A stretch of DNA of 58,701 nucleotides, counting the filler, from Catajapyx aquilonaris (lineage: Eukaryota), in assembly GCA_000934665.2 (NCBI GenBank). It is 4 parts of 4 records of this genome, joined end to end, with 100 filler letters (N's around TTAATTAATTAA, not from the genome) between each part and the next. Parts side by side here need not be neighbours in the genome. Positions count along the whole stretch, not along the records: positions 44,062 to 58,701 come from KZ539729.1; 3 more parts are not named here. One strand, 5' to 3'. Positions 45,989 through 58,701 of this stretch are shown here, one piece after another. The first letter of the stretch is position 1. Every line of letters starts with the position of its first letter. The translations under genes and the position numbers were made by a program. Under the pieces are notes generated by a model. The model made no database searches, was not told the origin of the DNA, and saw nothing but the letters and a program-made list of their open reading frames with translations.

Positions 45989-46259
45989 TTAAATATCCGC
46001 TTCCTGAGGGATGAAAACTAAGTTTAGCAAATTTAGAGTATGTAATTTTTAATTTTAAAATTACATACGAATTTTAATCTTAAGATAATATTAATTGTCC
46101 TGGCGAGTCGTGGGAGCCCGTTCATAAGTACAGATCACCGTATGTTGGGTCGTTCGTAAACCGGGGACTACCTGTAAAGGAATTTGTGACTTACAAGACA
46201 TGTAAGCCACTGGTAACAGTAAATGTAAAGTTCTTTACATTTATGACCTAAATGACACT

Positions 46260-46372
46260 GGGTGGAATTTTTGTCACACTGCTAGTTACTACTAACTTAG
46301 CAGTACCAATGCACTACACTCTTGGGTACTGCTAAGTTAGCAGTAACTAGCAGTGGGACGAAAATTCCACCC
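46260..46372. mobile_element. ~113-bp hairpin MITE
   Basis: act|GGGTGGAATTTT...AAAATTCCACCC|act, possible 3-bp TSD. Second copy at 13188-13293. Confidence 0.8.
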
Positions 46373-46581
46373 ACTGTTATTGGAGTGAGTATGTTTCGTA
46401 AGAATTAAGGAGAACGGGCGAATAGATCAATTTATAAATTTTACAGTAGAGGCAAAAAATAAGACTAAAGTATGAGGGCCAGTCAAAAGAAATTGAGACT
46501 GATTTTATATGTGACAAAGAGAATTAGTTCATGACTCACGGTGAATGGCCGGTGTCCAGAATGTATCGAAGTATCACCATA

Positions 46582-46941
46582 TCCGGAAAGTAAGGTCCGT
46601 TTATTTATTAGAAAACCCACAATGTACCCCCAACATTTTCATTTGCACATCTGAAATCGACAACTGCTACCTTTTTTCAAAATAGTTTCCAAACAAATCA
46701 AGGCATTTTTCTTCTATGTCACAGAGGTCTGTTGCCAGCCATTTTCGCGAAAATGGCTGGCGGCAGACCTCTATGATATAGGCATACAAAATCTTGTGTA
46801 ACTCAATGAAAAATGCATCGAATTTTGTTTGGAAATCTATATTGAAAACAAATAGACAGTTGTCGATTTCAGATGTGCAAATGAAAATTTTGAGGGTGCA
46901 TTGTGGGTTTTCTAAAAAATAAACGGACCTTACTTTCCGGA
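46582..46941. mobile_element. Mariner-derived palindromic MITE
   Basis: TCCGGAAAGTAAGGTCCGTTTATTT / AAATAAACGGACCTTACTTTCCGGA, with long complementary arms and an internal palindrome near 46725-46772. Confidence 0.8.
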
Positions 46942-47099
46942 AACGCTAATATTAGAATACCAATTTTTGTTCGAATATTCCACGATCCCAGGCGACTGTG
47001 GCACTAGAAGTAGTTAGGTTCACATTTGCCTATGCTCTGCAAGGAGGTCAGTGGTGAGGAGCAAAATTCATGGTTGAGGTATTGCTTCCGTTTGAAGAA

Positions 47100-47560
47100 A
47101 ATAGTGACGGAGGTGTACAACATGCTAACATTGTGAGCAGCAGATACTGGTCACCATGTGAGGCCACAAGATGGTGCAACTCTTTGCAAACCTCCACCTG
47201 CATCTGCCTCTCCTTTGGAGTCAACACCTTGGGGACCCATCATATCGGATACAAACGCATCGCATGTGCAAATGGTCAATCAAAAATCATGTGGGCACTA
47301 CCATGAGAGGTACCAATCATTCTGGCAAGGTCATTGATGGTTATGTGCCGTGGTGATCTTCCCCGACAACCACTGCATAGGTGGTGTTAATGATCTCTGT
47401 ACGAACTCTGATGGGAGTCTGCAGACCTCTCTTTGAAAGCCGACTACGGACCCTTGCTGAATGCCTTGTACCATTGAAATGCTGTGGGACACATCTTCAT
47501 CATCTCTTAGCATGTCAAGCGCCTCCGTTGCTGTTGTCTTCAAATGGAAGCAAAACCGCC
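47100..47560 (-). pseudogene. Degraded mariner transposase, N-terminal half
   Basis: FCFHLKTTATEALDMLR and TAFQWYKAFSKG (Mos1-type HTH), WVPKVLTPKERQMQVEVCKEL (WVPHEL-like). Stops and frameshifts present. Confidence 0.8.
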
Positions 47561-47939
47561 GACCACCCGGTAGAGCCGACATGTATATGAACCTAACTCT
47601 ACTTCTGGTGTCACCATCGCATGGGATTGTGGAATATTCGGACAAGAATTTGTGTTCTAATTAATCCATTCTGGACACGATTCCATTCACTGCAAGTCAT
47701 GAACTCATTCTCTTTATCACATAAAAATCAGTCCCAATTTCTTTTGACTGGTCGTCATAGTCATCACAAATCAAGTGTCACTGTATGCGCACTGTTCCAC
47801 CCACACACTTGTCCCTTCACCAAAACCTGCAGTGGGTGATTTCACCTTAAAATATGCAATTGCATCATTTTCTGAAAAATGGTATATTCGCCCTTTCTCC
47901 TTACTGCTGATGATTTACAAAGACCCAAATGAAAATATG

Positions 47940-48400
47940 GTTATGTGAACTTGGTTGGTGGAATTGACTTTCAACGACGTCCATACACACTCGAACGCAA
48001 CACGAAGCTAGTCGCCTTATTATCACAGGTCCTCCCCAGCATATCGACAACAATATTCTGGATTACTGCACTCACAAGTGAGTGTTTTAGACCAATACAG
48101 TGACAGATGACCTCATTTAGAGGAATAAAAAATTGAAGAAGTGAAGCACAGGCTGCAGGCATCCCAGAAAACTACGATATTTTGTCACAAGAAACTGGGT
48201 ATTCCATTTCCACCTGCCAAAGAGCTGCAAATGGGAATAATATTGAAGTCTTGTGCTTACCATATGCCTAGAGGTTAGAAGATTTTGGAAAGCAACATCA
48301 GTGCAGAAAGCCAGACTGTTGTTGAGGATATGTTGCACAGGAACTGCGATAATAAGGCAATTTGTGTCACGTCGCGGTCGAGTGCATATGGACGTCGTTA
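47940..48400 (+). mobile_element. Diverged second copy of the element at 37260-37998
   Basis: Shared blocks GAAGAAGTGAAGCACAGGCTGC, ACCTGCCAAAGAGC, TGAGGATATGTTGC, CTGCGATAATAAGG. Confidence 0.7.
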
Positions 48401-49307
48401 TCACCTACCACCTAATCTGTCCTGGAAAAGATCATTAATATTGGTTTGAAATTCAGATTATGATTAATATGTTACATGTCTTGAGGGCAGGAAATTTAGG
48501 AGATGCTGGTAGGGTTAGGGTGGAGGTGGCAGCATAGCAGCAGCAAGGATTTCTGACATGCCCTGCAAGTGAGATCCAAACATGCTCAAAGATACACCTA
48601 CCACACAAGTATCACGTCTAGCAGCACCTGGTCCTACAAAACCACCACAGAGATGGCTGCTATGAAGTGGGATATTATAGATGAGGCCATACACATATGG
48701 CAATGGCAAGGTGCCACCACAGGGAGCTCAATGTTGCAGGAGCTCTTGCTGCTCCCAGTTAGGGAAGTCAAGCCCCACCCAGTTGCCATGCAGCGCAAGC
48801 CCAAAAAGGTCTCATTACAGGTAGAGTGTGAGTCAGGCAATCACACAGCTCGAACGTAGGCTGATTCAGTGAGGGTGAGCGGGAACTACAGCTTGACTAG
48901 GGCAGCATGGAAATCTATGCCATCTGGGCAAATCTCAAATGATAAAGAATCGAAAATAGGACCAGAGTCGACCCATTTCCTAATACACATTCCTTGGGAA
49001 TCCCAGAACATTCACTACATTGATGAAAATCGCACTATACATTTGAGTAAAAAAGTAAAACTTGGCAGATGAGTGCCTAGTTTCAGTAGCAGCACCCGCC
49101 ATTTTCACGAGTGATTTAATATTCGCAGCACAGGTCATTTTCGACACTAGGTGTACGTATTGGTATCATACCAGATTGTAATCATGTGATGCCAACAGAT
49201 TACGGTTCTGTTGGCATCACTAGTTGGCATGAAATTGTTATTTTTTGTTCAAGTCGTCATAATTATGTCGACATCAGGTCTCAGGAGGATACCTGTGCCT
49301 GTGTATT

Positions 49308-49382
49308 TGGCTATAACAGACCTTGGTTATAACAGACTGATTTCTGCCGTCCCTTGAAGTCTGTTATATCCGGATTCAACTG
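49308..49382. mobile_element. Tigger/pogo-like right terminus (a left terminus of the same family is at 51089-51155)
   Basis: ...GTCCCTTGAAGTCTGTTATATCCGGATTCAACTG|ta; 51089 reads CAGTTGAATCAGACTTCAAGGGAC..GTTATAACCGAGGTCTGTTATAG. Confidence 0.6.
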
Positions 49383-49875
49383 TATTAGTTTTACGAGTAC
49401 TATCAGTCTACCTGGCGATTATGCGCGAGTTTCCCTTCGCGCTGTACATATAGTGTACAACCTGGTATTCCTATACAATTACAGTAGTTATGCACAAATC
49501 TGGTAGAAGTAAATTTGAACACCTCATCTGGGGATGAATGGCAATCATTATGTTGCAGCTGATAAAGACATACCCATACAAAGGCATCTCCTTCTGACCA
49601 TGTATAATTGAAATGCGTATAGTTACCTTCATGTATATGAAGGCTGGCATTTCTCACAACATCCGGCAGCAAGGCAACCGCATCTGACAATCATCAAACG
49701 ACATCTGTGATGGAACCTACGACAGCACATAGCGCCCCAAATGTTTCTGCAGATTGTACAACAATAGGTTTTAACTTCATTCTCCCTGCTTCTCCATTCG
49801 TATCATTGTGGTTATGGTGTTGTCGGTATTAAAATACTTACAGTGGTGATTTTAAATCCAAGTTCCTCATCTTCC

Positions 49876-49981
49876 ATTACTTGCAATGACAGTATATTCC
49901 TAGCCAATAGCTAATATCAAGAGCTCTTGCTAAGATATACTGGAGTTATTAGCTAGGAATATACTGTCATTGCAAGTAATG
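49876..49981. repeat. Hairpin or mini-MITE
   Basis: CATTACTTGCAATGACAGTATATTCCTAGC / GCTAGGAATATACTGTCATTGCAAGTAATG. Confidence 0.7.
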
Positions 49982-50309
49982 AGTAGTTCAGGTTTAAACT
50001 TTAAACAGAATCTGAAAAAAAAGTGCACAAGTCAGATGTGTTGTACAGTATAATAATTATTATCAGCACATTGGTCAGGAGGAGATGTCAGTCACTGTAC
50101 TTCAGCATACTGTAGTTGCCAACACAGGCATGACAAGAGGTGTCTCGCTTACTTGGTTACAACCAGAATTGTGGAAGCATTTCACCTATTCCAAGACTCC
50201 CAACAGGCAGCTGCCTCATACACTACTGGGTCAGTGTTACTGGACTAAAGGGAAGAATCTCTTTCTTCTTAAATTTACAAAAGGATGCAGAGTGACATTA
50301 ATCTCAAAT

Positions 50310-51077
50310 GGGTGTGGGTCATTTCACCGACACCCACCCGGCCGACAGGCCATTTCACTGACAGACATTTCACCGACATACCCATTCCACCGACAAGCCA
50401 TTTCACCGACAAACCATTTCACCGACATACCCATTTCACCGACATACCCATTTCACCGACATACCCATTTCACCGACAGGGCGTTTCACCGACAGTCATT
50501 TGATCGACAAATTTACCCACACAATTCCGATATGAAAACCATCCAGTCACTGGAGAGACGGGGTCCAGATCACACCTCATTTTCGCAGCGCCCCTTATGG
50601 AAGGAACCACCTGACAGATGTATCCCATTTCTATAAAATATAAAGGGAGCATACATTTCCAATTACATTGCATGAATGAAATACTTGTAGTCAGACACCC
50701 GGACAACAACTGCTTACCGGGGAAGCTGTAGGTGACGACCTGATTCGCTAAAAGATATTCTCGTGGGAAACGTGAAAATGAGGTGTGATCTGGACCCAGT
50801 CTCTCCAGTGACTGGATGGTTTTCATATCGGAATTGTGTGGGTAAATTTGTCGATCAAATGACTGTCGGTGAAACGCCCTGTCGGGGAACTCCTTGTCAG
50901 TGAAATGGCTTGTCGGTGGAATGGGTATGTCGGTGAAATGAGTATGTCGGTGAAATGGCTCGTCGGTGAAATGGCTCGTCGGTGAAATGGCCTGTCGGTG
51001 GAATGGGTATGTCGGTGAAATGTCTGTCGGTGAAATGGCCTGTCGGCCAGGTGGGTGTCGGTGAAATGACCCGCTCC
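50310..51077. mobile_element. Foldback-type element with TIRs built of tandem repeats
   Basis: Left arm (CATTTCACCGACA..)n, right arm (..GTCGGTGAAATG)n, plus an inner non-repetitive inverted repeat (50490-50585 vs 50772-50870). No TSD resolved. Confidence 0.8.
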
Positions 51078-52824
51078 GGTTCCTAACACAGTTGAATCAG
51101 ACTTCAAGGGACCGCAGAAAAAGTATGTTATAACCGAGGTCTGTTATAGGCAAATCGCAATTTTTGCAATGAATACACGAAGTTTTCTGCTTTCCACATG
51201 CTTATTATGCACACTGCTACATACTGATTGATGAAACTATCCACAAAAATGCAAACCTAGCCCACCCATACATTAGGCAGGACCAAAAAAAATCAGTAAT
51301 TTTCTTCTGCCGCCTCCTTTCCACACGTCTACCACTAAATGTGGCCACTTGTGAAGCGGGCCTTTAAACTTGCTACATGACGTCTTGGCTGCCTTCATCT
51401 GAACTGCCTGACTCAACAGGTTCAGGTATAGTGGGTCCAAGACTGGGAACCAAGGCCAGGTCTGTGACCCACGGGAAACGATTAAGACACCTGGAAACAT
51501 TGAACAGAGCACACGTGTGCCTCAGCCTTGAGGTGCAAAACTTGTGAGTTGGAAGCTTAGATCAGTTACTTATGGAAAACTCACCTGCTCTTGAGTGACA
51601 AATATTAAATGGCCATTTATGCTGTCATTTTGCAGGAAGATAATCTGCCTTGCAAAACGAATTATTGGGCTCAGTGATCTAGCACTTCTGTTGGAAGAAA
51701 AACGAAAAACTAATGAGCAATTGAAATTTACTCAAATGGTCAAAAATCGAAAAAAATCGGTACTGCCGCCGACAGTCTTTTGCTATTGAATTGAAACTAG
51801 GATGTAATGTGGAGCATGTCTATCTGCACCTACCACATAAGCATCTTGTCCGTGAACCTAATAGTCTCTTCAAAATTTTGGCTGCCAATGTACCCCTGTA
51901 GCCATCGTGCCCCGGTCTCCCCTACTCCATCCAGATTCCAGACCTTCCCTGAGAAAAAAGAACAGGGGCCGAGGCTAGTCACTGGTGCCACCGAGTAGGT
52001 GGGGGAATTGCGTGTTAACCTGCCCGCCTCCTTCCTCCCTTCCTTCCTTTCCCCTACCTCCGAGCCGGTAAGCCACTGTGCCACTCTCTTCTCCGCCAGC
52101 AAGTAGCTGCATTGGGGGGTGTTGACGTGTTGTCGAACGAAAGCTGCCTTTCCCGACGATGCACCAACGTGGAGAGGACGAGGCCACCAGCCACCCACTC
52201 GAACAGGGCATCTTCCACTGCAAATAGTGCAAAACAGGCCATGTACAAAACTAACACCGACCCGGCTTCGAGAACGTTCCAGAAACCACAACTCCCACAG
52301 TCCCATTCGGACAGCGTTGCCAACCTGCCTGACCCTGAGCAGCCACCGTACCACTACAAAATACCACGTCAAAATTACCGTATTTCGGCTAACTCTGCGG
52401 CTAAAAGTACCGTACATATTAAAATACTGCATTTTGTGAATGAAGCACTATGGGAAAATTTAAGATACACGGGAATATGTCTAAGAAATTTTCGAAACCA
52501 CGAAAAATGCATGTGCAACCCGCTGCAAAAAGGTAAAACCACGTGGGTGAAACGATCAAAGAGGGGGGGGGGGGAAGCCCGCCGCAGCCGAATTTTTGGG
52601 GTTCAAGGTCACACAAACTTAGGTGAATGTAATGACAGAGTAAAGTCGAATCATCCTATGCTGTAAGCTCGTCGGTGGTTGTTGTTATCATTATAATTTT
52701 AATTTTATTTTGAGTATACAAAAAAGCGATTTAACCGTATACCGTATGTGTCATTTCCGTACAAAAGGAGTAAATTACCGTATGCCCCCACAATTACCGT
52801 ATGCCCTGGTATGCCCCTTAGAGC

Positions 52825-53520
52825 TTAAACCATAGCTTCCCTTACACATGCATCTAAGTACAAGTTAAATAACCAGGGAGACATGACACAATCCTGCTTA
52901 ACCCCAACACTAATGTTAAACCAGTCGGAGAAACCCCCACTAGTTCTAACATAAGCTCTACTCTCTTCATACAATGACTTTACAGCCTCCAACAGGCGGC
53001 CCTTCACTCCATAGAGACTCAGAACTTCCCACAAACCTTCCCTACTTACTGTGTCAAAGGCAACAAAAACATTCTTGTTTACAGCGAAATACTTTTCTAT
53101 CACGAGTCTCATATACAGAATATCTGATCTACACAACTCTTACCCGACATAAACCCACTCTGAATATTCAGTATTCTCTGACTTGTGACCCTCTTAACTC
53201 TTTCTATCAAAACCTTAGCATACACTTTCCCTGGTACACTTAACAAACTAATGCCACGATAATTCTTGCATTCACACACATCTCCCTTACCCTTATACAG
53301 AGGTACTATAATAGCATCCCTCCAATCCCTAGGAACTACACCATTATCAAAAGAAACCCTACATAAATTAGTCAAAAAAGTAACTACATCATCCCCACCA
53401 CACCTCACCATTTCCGAAGAAATAGCATCAACCCCAGGGGATTTACCTAGTTTAAGTCCTAAAGCAGCAGCTGCAACTTCCTTCTTAACAATATCCCCAC
53501 AACCCACCCTTGGAGTACAC
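52825..53520 (-). pseudogene. RTE-clade LINE reverse-transcriptase fragment
   Basis: LKLGKSPGVDAI..VPRDWRDAIIVPLYKGKGD..CKNYRGISLLSVPGKVY..QSGF, then after a frameshift AFDTVSR..LW..GVKQDCVMSPWLFNLYLD. Confidence 0.9.
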
Positions 53521-53612
53521 TAATTAAGATTCTTCTTAAACTTGCTCCAAAACAAATCCCAACGATGGTAACCCCCCCCCCCCCCCTAAGGAGTAGTATA
53601 ACTCCCCCCGTG

Positions 53613-55901
53613 GGACCCCCCTCCCCGACAAATCTTTTCCGATTTCGACCAAAACCGAGTATGTTGTAGTACCCATGTATCTATGCAAGTGCCTCATTTT
53701 GTTTGTCCCTGCGACTCGTGGTTGCATAACTACAGGGTGGGAAAGATACGGATATTTGCCAATTTTGGCTCGGTCCGCCATCAGTTGGAGGGCCATAACT
53801 TCGCAAGATTGTAACATATCCGAAATGTGATTAATGGGACTGTAAGCTATTTCAACACCCCTTCAGGTGGTGGAACACATATGTGTGAAAAAGCAACATT
53901 TCGAATTAAAGATGGCGTCCAAATGTTAGATTTGCATTTTCCCCATCGACGGACATTTTTAAAAAATTTTGAATTGCGCTTAAAATGAAGATTGAAATGT
54001 TATATTGAGATGTAGGCAAAATCTGGATGGACGATTTTTGATTTTAATTGATTGGACACATTTTTATAAGGCCCAGCGCTGTCGCCCTGCAATTATTTTG
54101 CTTCCAGTGCACAGTGTACTTGGTTGATTGTGGATTTGTGCAATACTGATGGTGACTTGTGTGGCATTCCAGTTTTACTTTAGGAACATCACCTGGGGAC
54201 AGCCTTGAGACAGGTCGCTGCCTCTCAAAAATCCCGAAAAACTCCTAAATTCCCTCAGGCATTTGCGGTGCATGTTTAGAAGGGAGTCCTGCCTAAGAAA
54301 AGGATGGACAGGAAACCACGGCCGCTTGAGAGAGATTGCTACTAGTATGGCTGGTTCACTAGCCACTGAGCAGGTTTTCTGACGTCAGCTCCACCCCCTT
54401 TAATCTCTTCTCAGAACTGTGACGTACCCACGGCCATTTCTTCAGGCCTCCACCTTTTTCATATGGAAAACTTGAATTTTCAAACTTTAATTACAAATTC
54501 CTGGATGCGGTGAAAAATATGCAGATTTTTTTCCAGATTCCTCGACACACTGTCATTGACATATATAATCCAATCCAACGACATGCACGAGGAAATATAT
54601 ATTTTAAATGCGAGAAATGTGCCCAGATAACTCATCATTAGCATGTCGAGTCAAAATATAGCAGGCCCGTGATGGCCTGAATTTTGATGAGTGGTCCGGT
54701 CACTATCTGCGTGCCAATTTACGAAGGTTCAAAAATTCTCAAACGGCTCGGAAAAGGCAGGGTTGCCAATTTTATGCAAGATACATGAACTATAATTCCA
54801 CGCAGAGGTGGCACGTGCTGAGTGGCTTCCAATTGAAGGGTCAGTTTCACATTGCGACTTTTTCGCACTAAGTTGTTTATCGTGGAGAAGTTACTTTCGA
54901 ACAGTTACTTTTAAAATACTACATGCTAATAGTACGAACGTGCACTAGTTTTTTGAGACCGCGAATTGCAATGAATCTCCATAGACATATTAACGGTAAC
55001 ATAAGGGATTATTATTGTTGTTCTCAGTGAATGAGAGTGTATGGAAGAAGGTAAGAAATCTGTATATTTTCCTCGCATCCAAGCCCATATAAGTAGCATT
55101 TGAAATAAACCGAGGCATTAACAACAACAACAACAACAGCAGCAGCAGCAGCAATAATAATAATCCCTTATGTTACTGTGGTTTCCTGTCCATCCTTTTC
55201 TTAGGCAGGACTCCCTTCTAAACATGCACCGCAAATGCCTGAGGGAATTTAGGAGTTTTTCGGGATTTTTGAGGGGCAGCGACCTGTCTCAAGGCTGTCC
55301 CCAGGTGATGTTCCTAAAGTAAAACTGGAATGCCACACAGGTCACCATCAGTATTGCACAAATCCCCAATCAACCACTACACTGTGCACTGGAAGCAAAA
55401 TAATTGCAGGGCGACAGCGCTGGGCCTTATAAAAATGTGTCCAATCAATTAAAATAAAAAACCGTCAATCCAGATTTTGCCTACATCTCAATATAACATT
55501 TCAATCTTCATTTTAAGTGCAATTCAATTTTTTTTTAAATGTCCGTCGATGGGGAAAATGCAAATCTAACATTTGGACGCCATCTTTAATTCGAAATGTT
55601 GCTTTTTCACACATATGTGTTCCACCACCTGAAGGGGTGTTGAAATAGCTTACAGTCCCATTAATCACATTTCGGATATGTTACAATCTTGCGAAGTTAT
55701 GGCCCTCCAACTGATGGCGGACCGAGCCAAAATTGGCAAATATCCGTATCTTTCCCACCCTGTAGTTATGCAACCACGAGTCGCAGGGACAAACAAAATG
55801 AGGCACTTGCATAGATACATGGGTACTACAATATACTCGGTTTTGGTCGAAATCGGAAAAGATTTGTCGGGGAGGGGGGTCCAGTTGACGTGGAATGCCT
55901 C
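53613..55901. mobile_element. Young non-autonomous DNA transposon with ~705-bp TIRs, possibly Sola2-like; left tip missing
   Basis: 53613-54319 is the near-exact reverse complement of 55178-55882. The right terminus reads (rc) GAGGCATTCCACGTCAACTGGACC. Confidence 0.85.
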
Positions 55902-55941
55902 ATATATATAATTACATATATAATACAGGGTATAATATATA

Positions 55942-56148
55942 CAGGGTGGTCCAAGTTCAAGTGTCGTTTTATAACGGCGATTAATAGAAGCGCTTAACGA
56001 TGACGTAGCAGCGACGTGTAAAATTGCCCACTTTGATGGCGCCGAAGATGCGCCGAAGTGGGACATTTTACGCGTCGCTGCTGCGTCATCGCAAAATCAC
56101 TGCTATTAATCGCCGTTATAAAACGACACTTGAACTTTGACCACCCTG
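55942..56148. mobile_element. Mariner-type MITE (CAGGGTG family)
   Basis: ta|CAGGGTGGTCCAAGTTCAAGTGTCGTTTTATAACGGCGATTAATAG ... reverse complement ... CACCCTG|ta. Confidence 0.9.
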
Positions 56149-57459
56149 TATATGACTTACATCATCCACCACATACAATATTTGCGAAGGTGCGGTTTTA
56201 TACCTTAAAATAGCTGATTTGAACTATATTTTTTGGGTCCAGGGCGGGGAGGGTTACAACTTCCCCCAACCCCCTCCCCCTCGTCCCTACGCCGCTGATC
56301 CTGGTACTACAATAAGTCTGATGCACTTTTGCAGTGTCGCTTTGTATTATATCTTGTCGTCTCATTTTGTAATGTCTGGGCCAAAAGGTCAAGTTAGTAA
56401 ACTTTGGCCTATATTACACTACCAGCTGCTGTGGTCTCAAACCACGACTCGGACCGTCCGACCATGCGACCGTGCGACTTCGGGACATGTGATGTGGCTT
56501 CCGGAATATATTCCGGAACCCACACATTGGCCCACGGCCGCACGGCCCACCGTCCGTCCGCCTGACATGCACATTGCACAGCATACACCTTATGTATCGT
56601 AATGAACGCCGCCCCCCCCCCCCCCCNNNNNNNNNNNNNNNNNNNNNNNNNNNNNNNNNNNNNNNNNNNNNNNNNNNNNNNNNNNNNNNNNNNNNNNNNN
56701 NNNNNNNNNNNNNNNNNNNNNNNNNNNNNNNNNNNNNNNNNNNNNNNNNNNNNNNCAACCTCCCCCCTCCCTACGCCACTGCTAGGTTTGGTACTCTTTG
56801 GCACTCCTCGGTACTCCTTGAATTTGGTACTCCAGTGTACACTTTTCAGTCGAGTGATTACCCCCTTGCAAGTAAGGTTCTCTAATATGGGATATGTTTA
56901 ATCTTGTGGAGGTTGACAAAGAAGTCCATATAACCCTCATTAACAAAGAACAGATTTCTAGGTTTTTACCTACTTTTGATTTTGTAGCCAGAACACCGGA
57001 ACCAAAATATCTATCTGTTTCATAACACAAGGACCTCAAAAACCGTAGTTTTATAAAACCTAAAATTGCCTATTTCGGTCGATGGGACCGAAATGGCCTA
57101 TTAGCGCCTATTTTCACCTATTTACGCATTTTCGTAATATTTTCGGCAGGTTTTACGTGTTTTCCGTACAAGTCATCTCTCCCACTTCAACCTGTGAATA
57201 GCGAAGAAGCTGTGGTCTACTCGTATAGACATGCCGGATGAACTGGCTGTACAAGACATTTTAACTTTTCAAGAATAGTCCAATTGCTTTGTCACGTCGA
57301 AAGGTCATTGTCAGCATATAAAGTTGTACTGTAACACAAGCATCGGCGACAAATAATAAAACTAAAAAACTAAAATATGGAACAACTGCTAATTTGTTAC
57401 TGTGTTGCAAAATTAAATGGGCAAGGGTAGGCTATAATCAGCCCCTCAACTACGTAGGT

Positions 57460-57940
57460 GGAGCCTGAGAGGCTCCAAGCACTATTTAAACGCATGTAAC
57501 TTTTTCATTGAATTAGGGGGCACGGCAGTGCCCCCGCCAAGTTCTCGCCGCACTGCCGGACCACCTTTACCCGACACAACTCACGTCATTTTGACCCCCT
57601 CGAATCTTCGCACGGGTGAACATACGTGGCTTCAAAATTTTTATTTGGGTAGATAAAAATCGATTAAAAATAATGCCCCCTTACTTCCATGTTCATATCT
57701 CTTTTCATTTCCGACTTAAAAAATCCTAAAAAACTCCCAAAACGGCCAAAATATGACACTCACTCACTCACTCACTCACTCACTCACTCACTCACTCACT
57801 CACTGACTGATCATCAAAATTATACGGCACTTCCAGTGGTCCTAGGATGCTGAAATTTGGTATGCTGGTAGATCTTGTCAAACAAACACCAGAATAAATC
57901 TGAAAACGCCACTTTTTTGAGTCTAAATGCTCAAAAAAAA
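57460..57940. mobile_element. Probable Helentron-associated (DINE-1/HINE-like) element
   Basis: Hairpins GGAGCC-TGAGA-GGCTCC (57460), GGGGGCAC-GGCA-GTGCCCCC (57516) and TTTTTGAG..CTCAAAAA (~57914). (CACT)n at 57757-57804 followed by TGAAATTTGGTATG. Boundaries uncertain. Confidence 0.55.
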
Positions 57941-58701
57941 TTATTTTCACGAAGTCTGCTGCTGCTGACCAGATGCGGCATTTTTAACACGAATTACTTT
58001 TTTACTTTGAATTTCCATCAGTTATGCTGGTGCTCCTCCTGCCCTCCCCACGTTCTCATCTCCTCACCCCCCNNNNNNNNNNNNNNNNNNNNNNNNNNNN
58101 NNNNNNNNNNNNNNNNNNNNNNNNNNNNNNNNNNNNCCCCCCCCCCCCCGAAATCTTGTGGATTAAAAAAACCATGTCAAGGAAATTACTAATTCATGAT
58201 TTGGGGGTGGGGGGAAGTGCTACCAATTTCATCTAATACACACCCATTCAAATCTCCCATATTCACCTAAGCTCGTGTGACCTTGAACCTGAAAAAAATT
58301 TCGCCTGCGGCGGACCTCCCCCCAGAACTGGATTCATGGCTACGTCACTGCCGCTAGCTATCTGACTGAAGCTGCGATTGCATTTCATACAAATACAAAC
58401 TACAAATACCTATAAATACCTAAAATACAAAATAATACAAATACAAAATTCGAGGTTATCAACAGCCTATGTGTACAGGGAACAATTCCCAATTTGTGTG
58501 GCGTATGCCATTACCATACAGAGGACAGAGCCAAGGCCTGAGTCTCACTAATGTACTCATCATTATGGGTTCCTCACTTCTTCTGTCTCGTGGCTCTTTC
58601 CAGAGTTAAAGGGACACTCCACTCAAAATACAAGTTGGGCTCTAAAAATCGGGAAAGAGATCCTGACTCCGAGGGTATAAGCAGTTTTTCTGAGAGACGA
58701 A

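Noticed and set aside
50085..50636. 183-aa ORF
   Set aside because: Largely a translation of the foldback element's tandem repeats.
51830..52666. Overlapping 200-aa (minus) and 184-aa (plus) ORFs
   Set aside because: No recognisable domain, and they overlap a dispersed repeat and the ACCGTA-rich end of a hAT-like MITE.

Overview
Repeat-rich eukaryotic DNA, most likely from an arthropod (intronless divergent ionotropic receptor, (TTAGG)n tracts, GT-AG introns). It is not one locus: three artificial 100-nt linkers (44 N + TTAATTAATTAA + 44 N) join four ~14.6-kb pieces (1-14548, 14649-29299, 29400-43961, 44062-58701), so neighbourhood only has meaning within a piece. Recognisable genes are the last coding exon of an ADP/ATP translocase (minus), a complete single-exon 649-aa divergent ionotropic receptor (minus), the first two coding exons of a DDX24/Mak5-type DEAD-box helicase (plus), and two identical tRNA-Ser(GCT) genes. 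Much of the rest is nested mobile DNA: TA-flanked Tc1/mariner MITEs, hAT MITEs, two long-TIR Sola-like elements, a piggyBac-like element filled with two inverted ~128-bp arrays, two copies of one Helitron, four tRNA-derived SINE head families that share two interchangeable 3' tails, and hAT, mariner and RTE-LINE coding relics. The most unusual structure is a ~2.8-kb fold-back palindrome with an intact, identical tRNA-Ser gene in each diverged arm. A second TIR element carries decayed tRNA-like boxes in both arms. All calls were made by eye; superfamily labels are inferences from termini and target-site duplications (TSDs).
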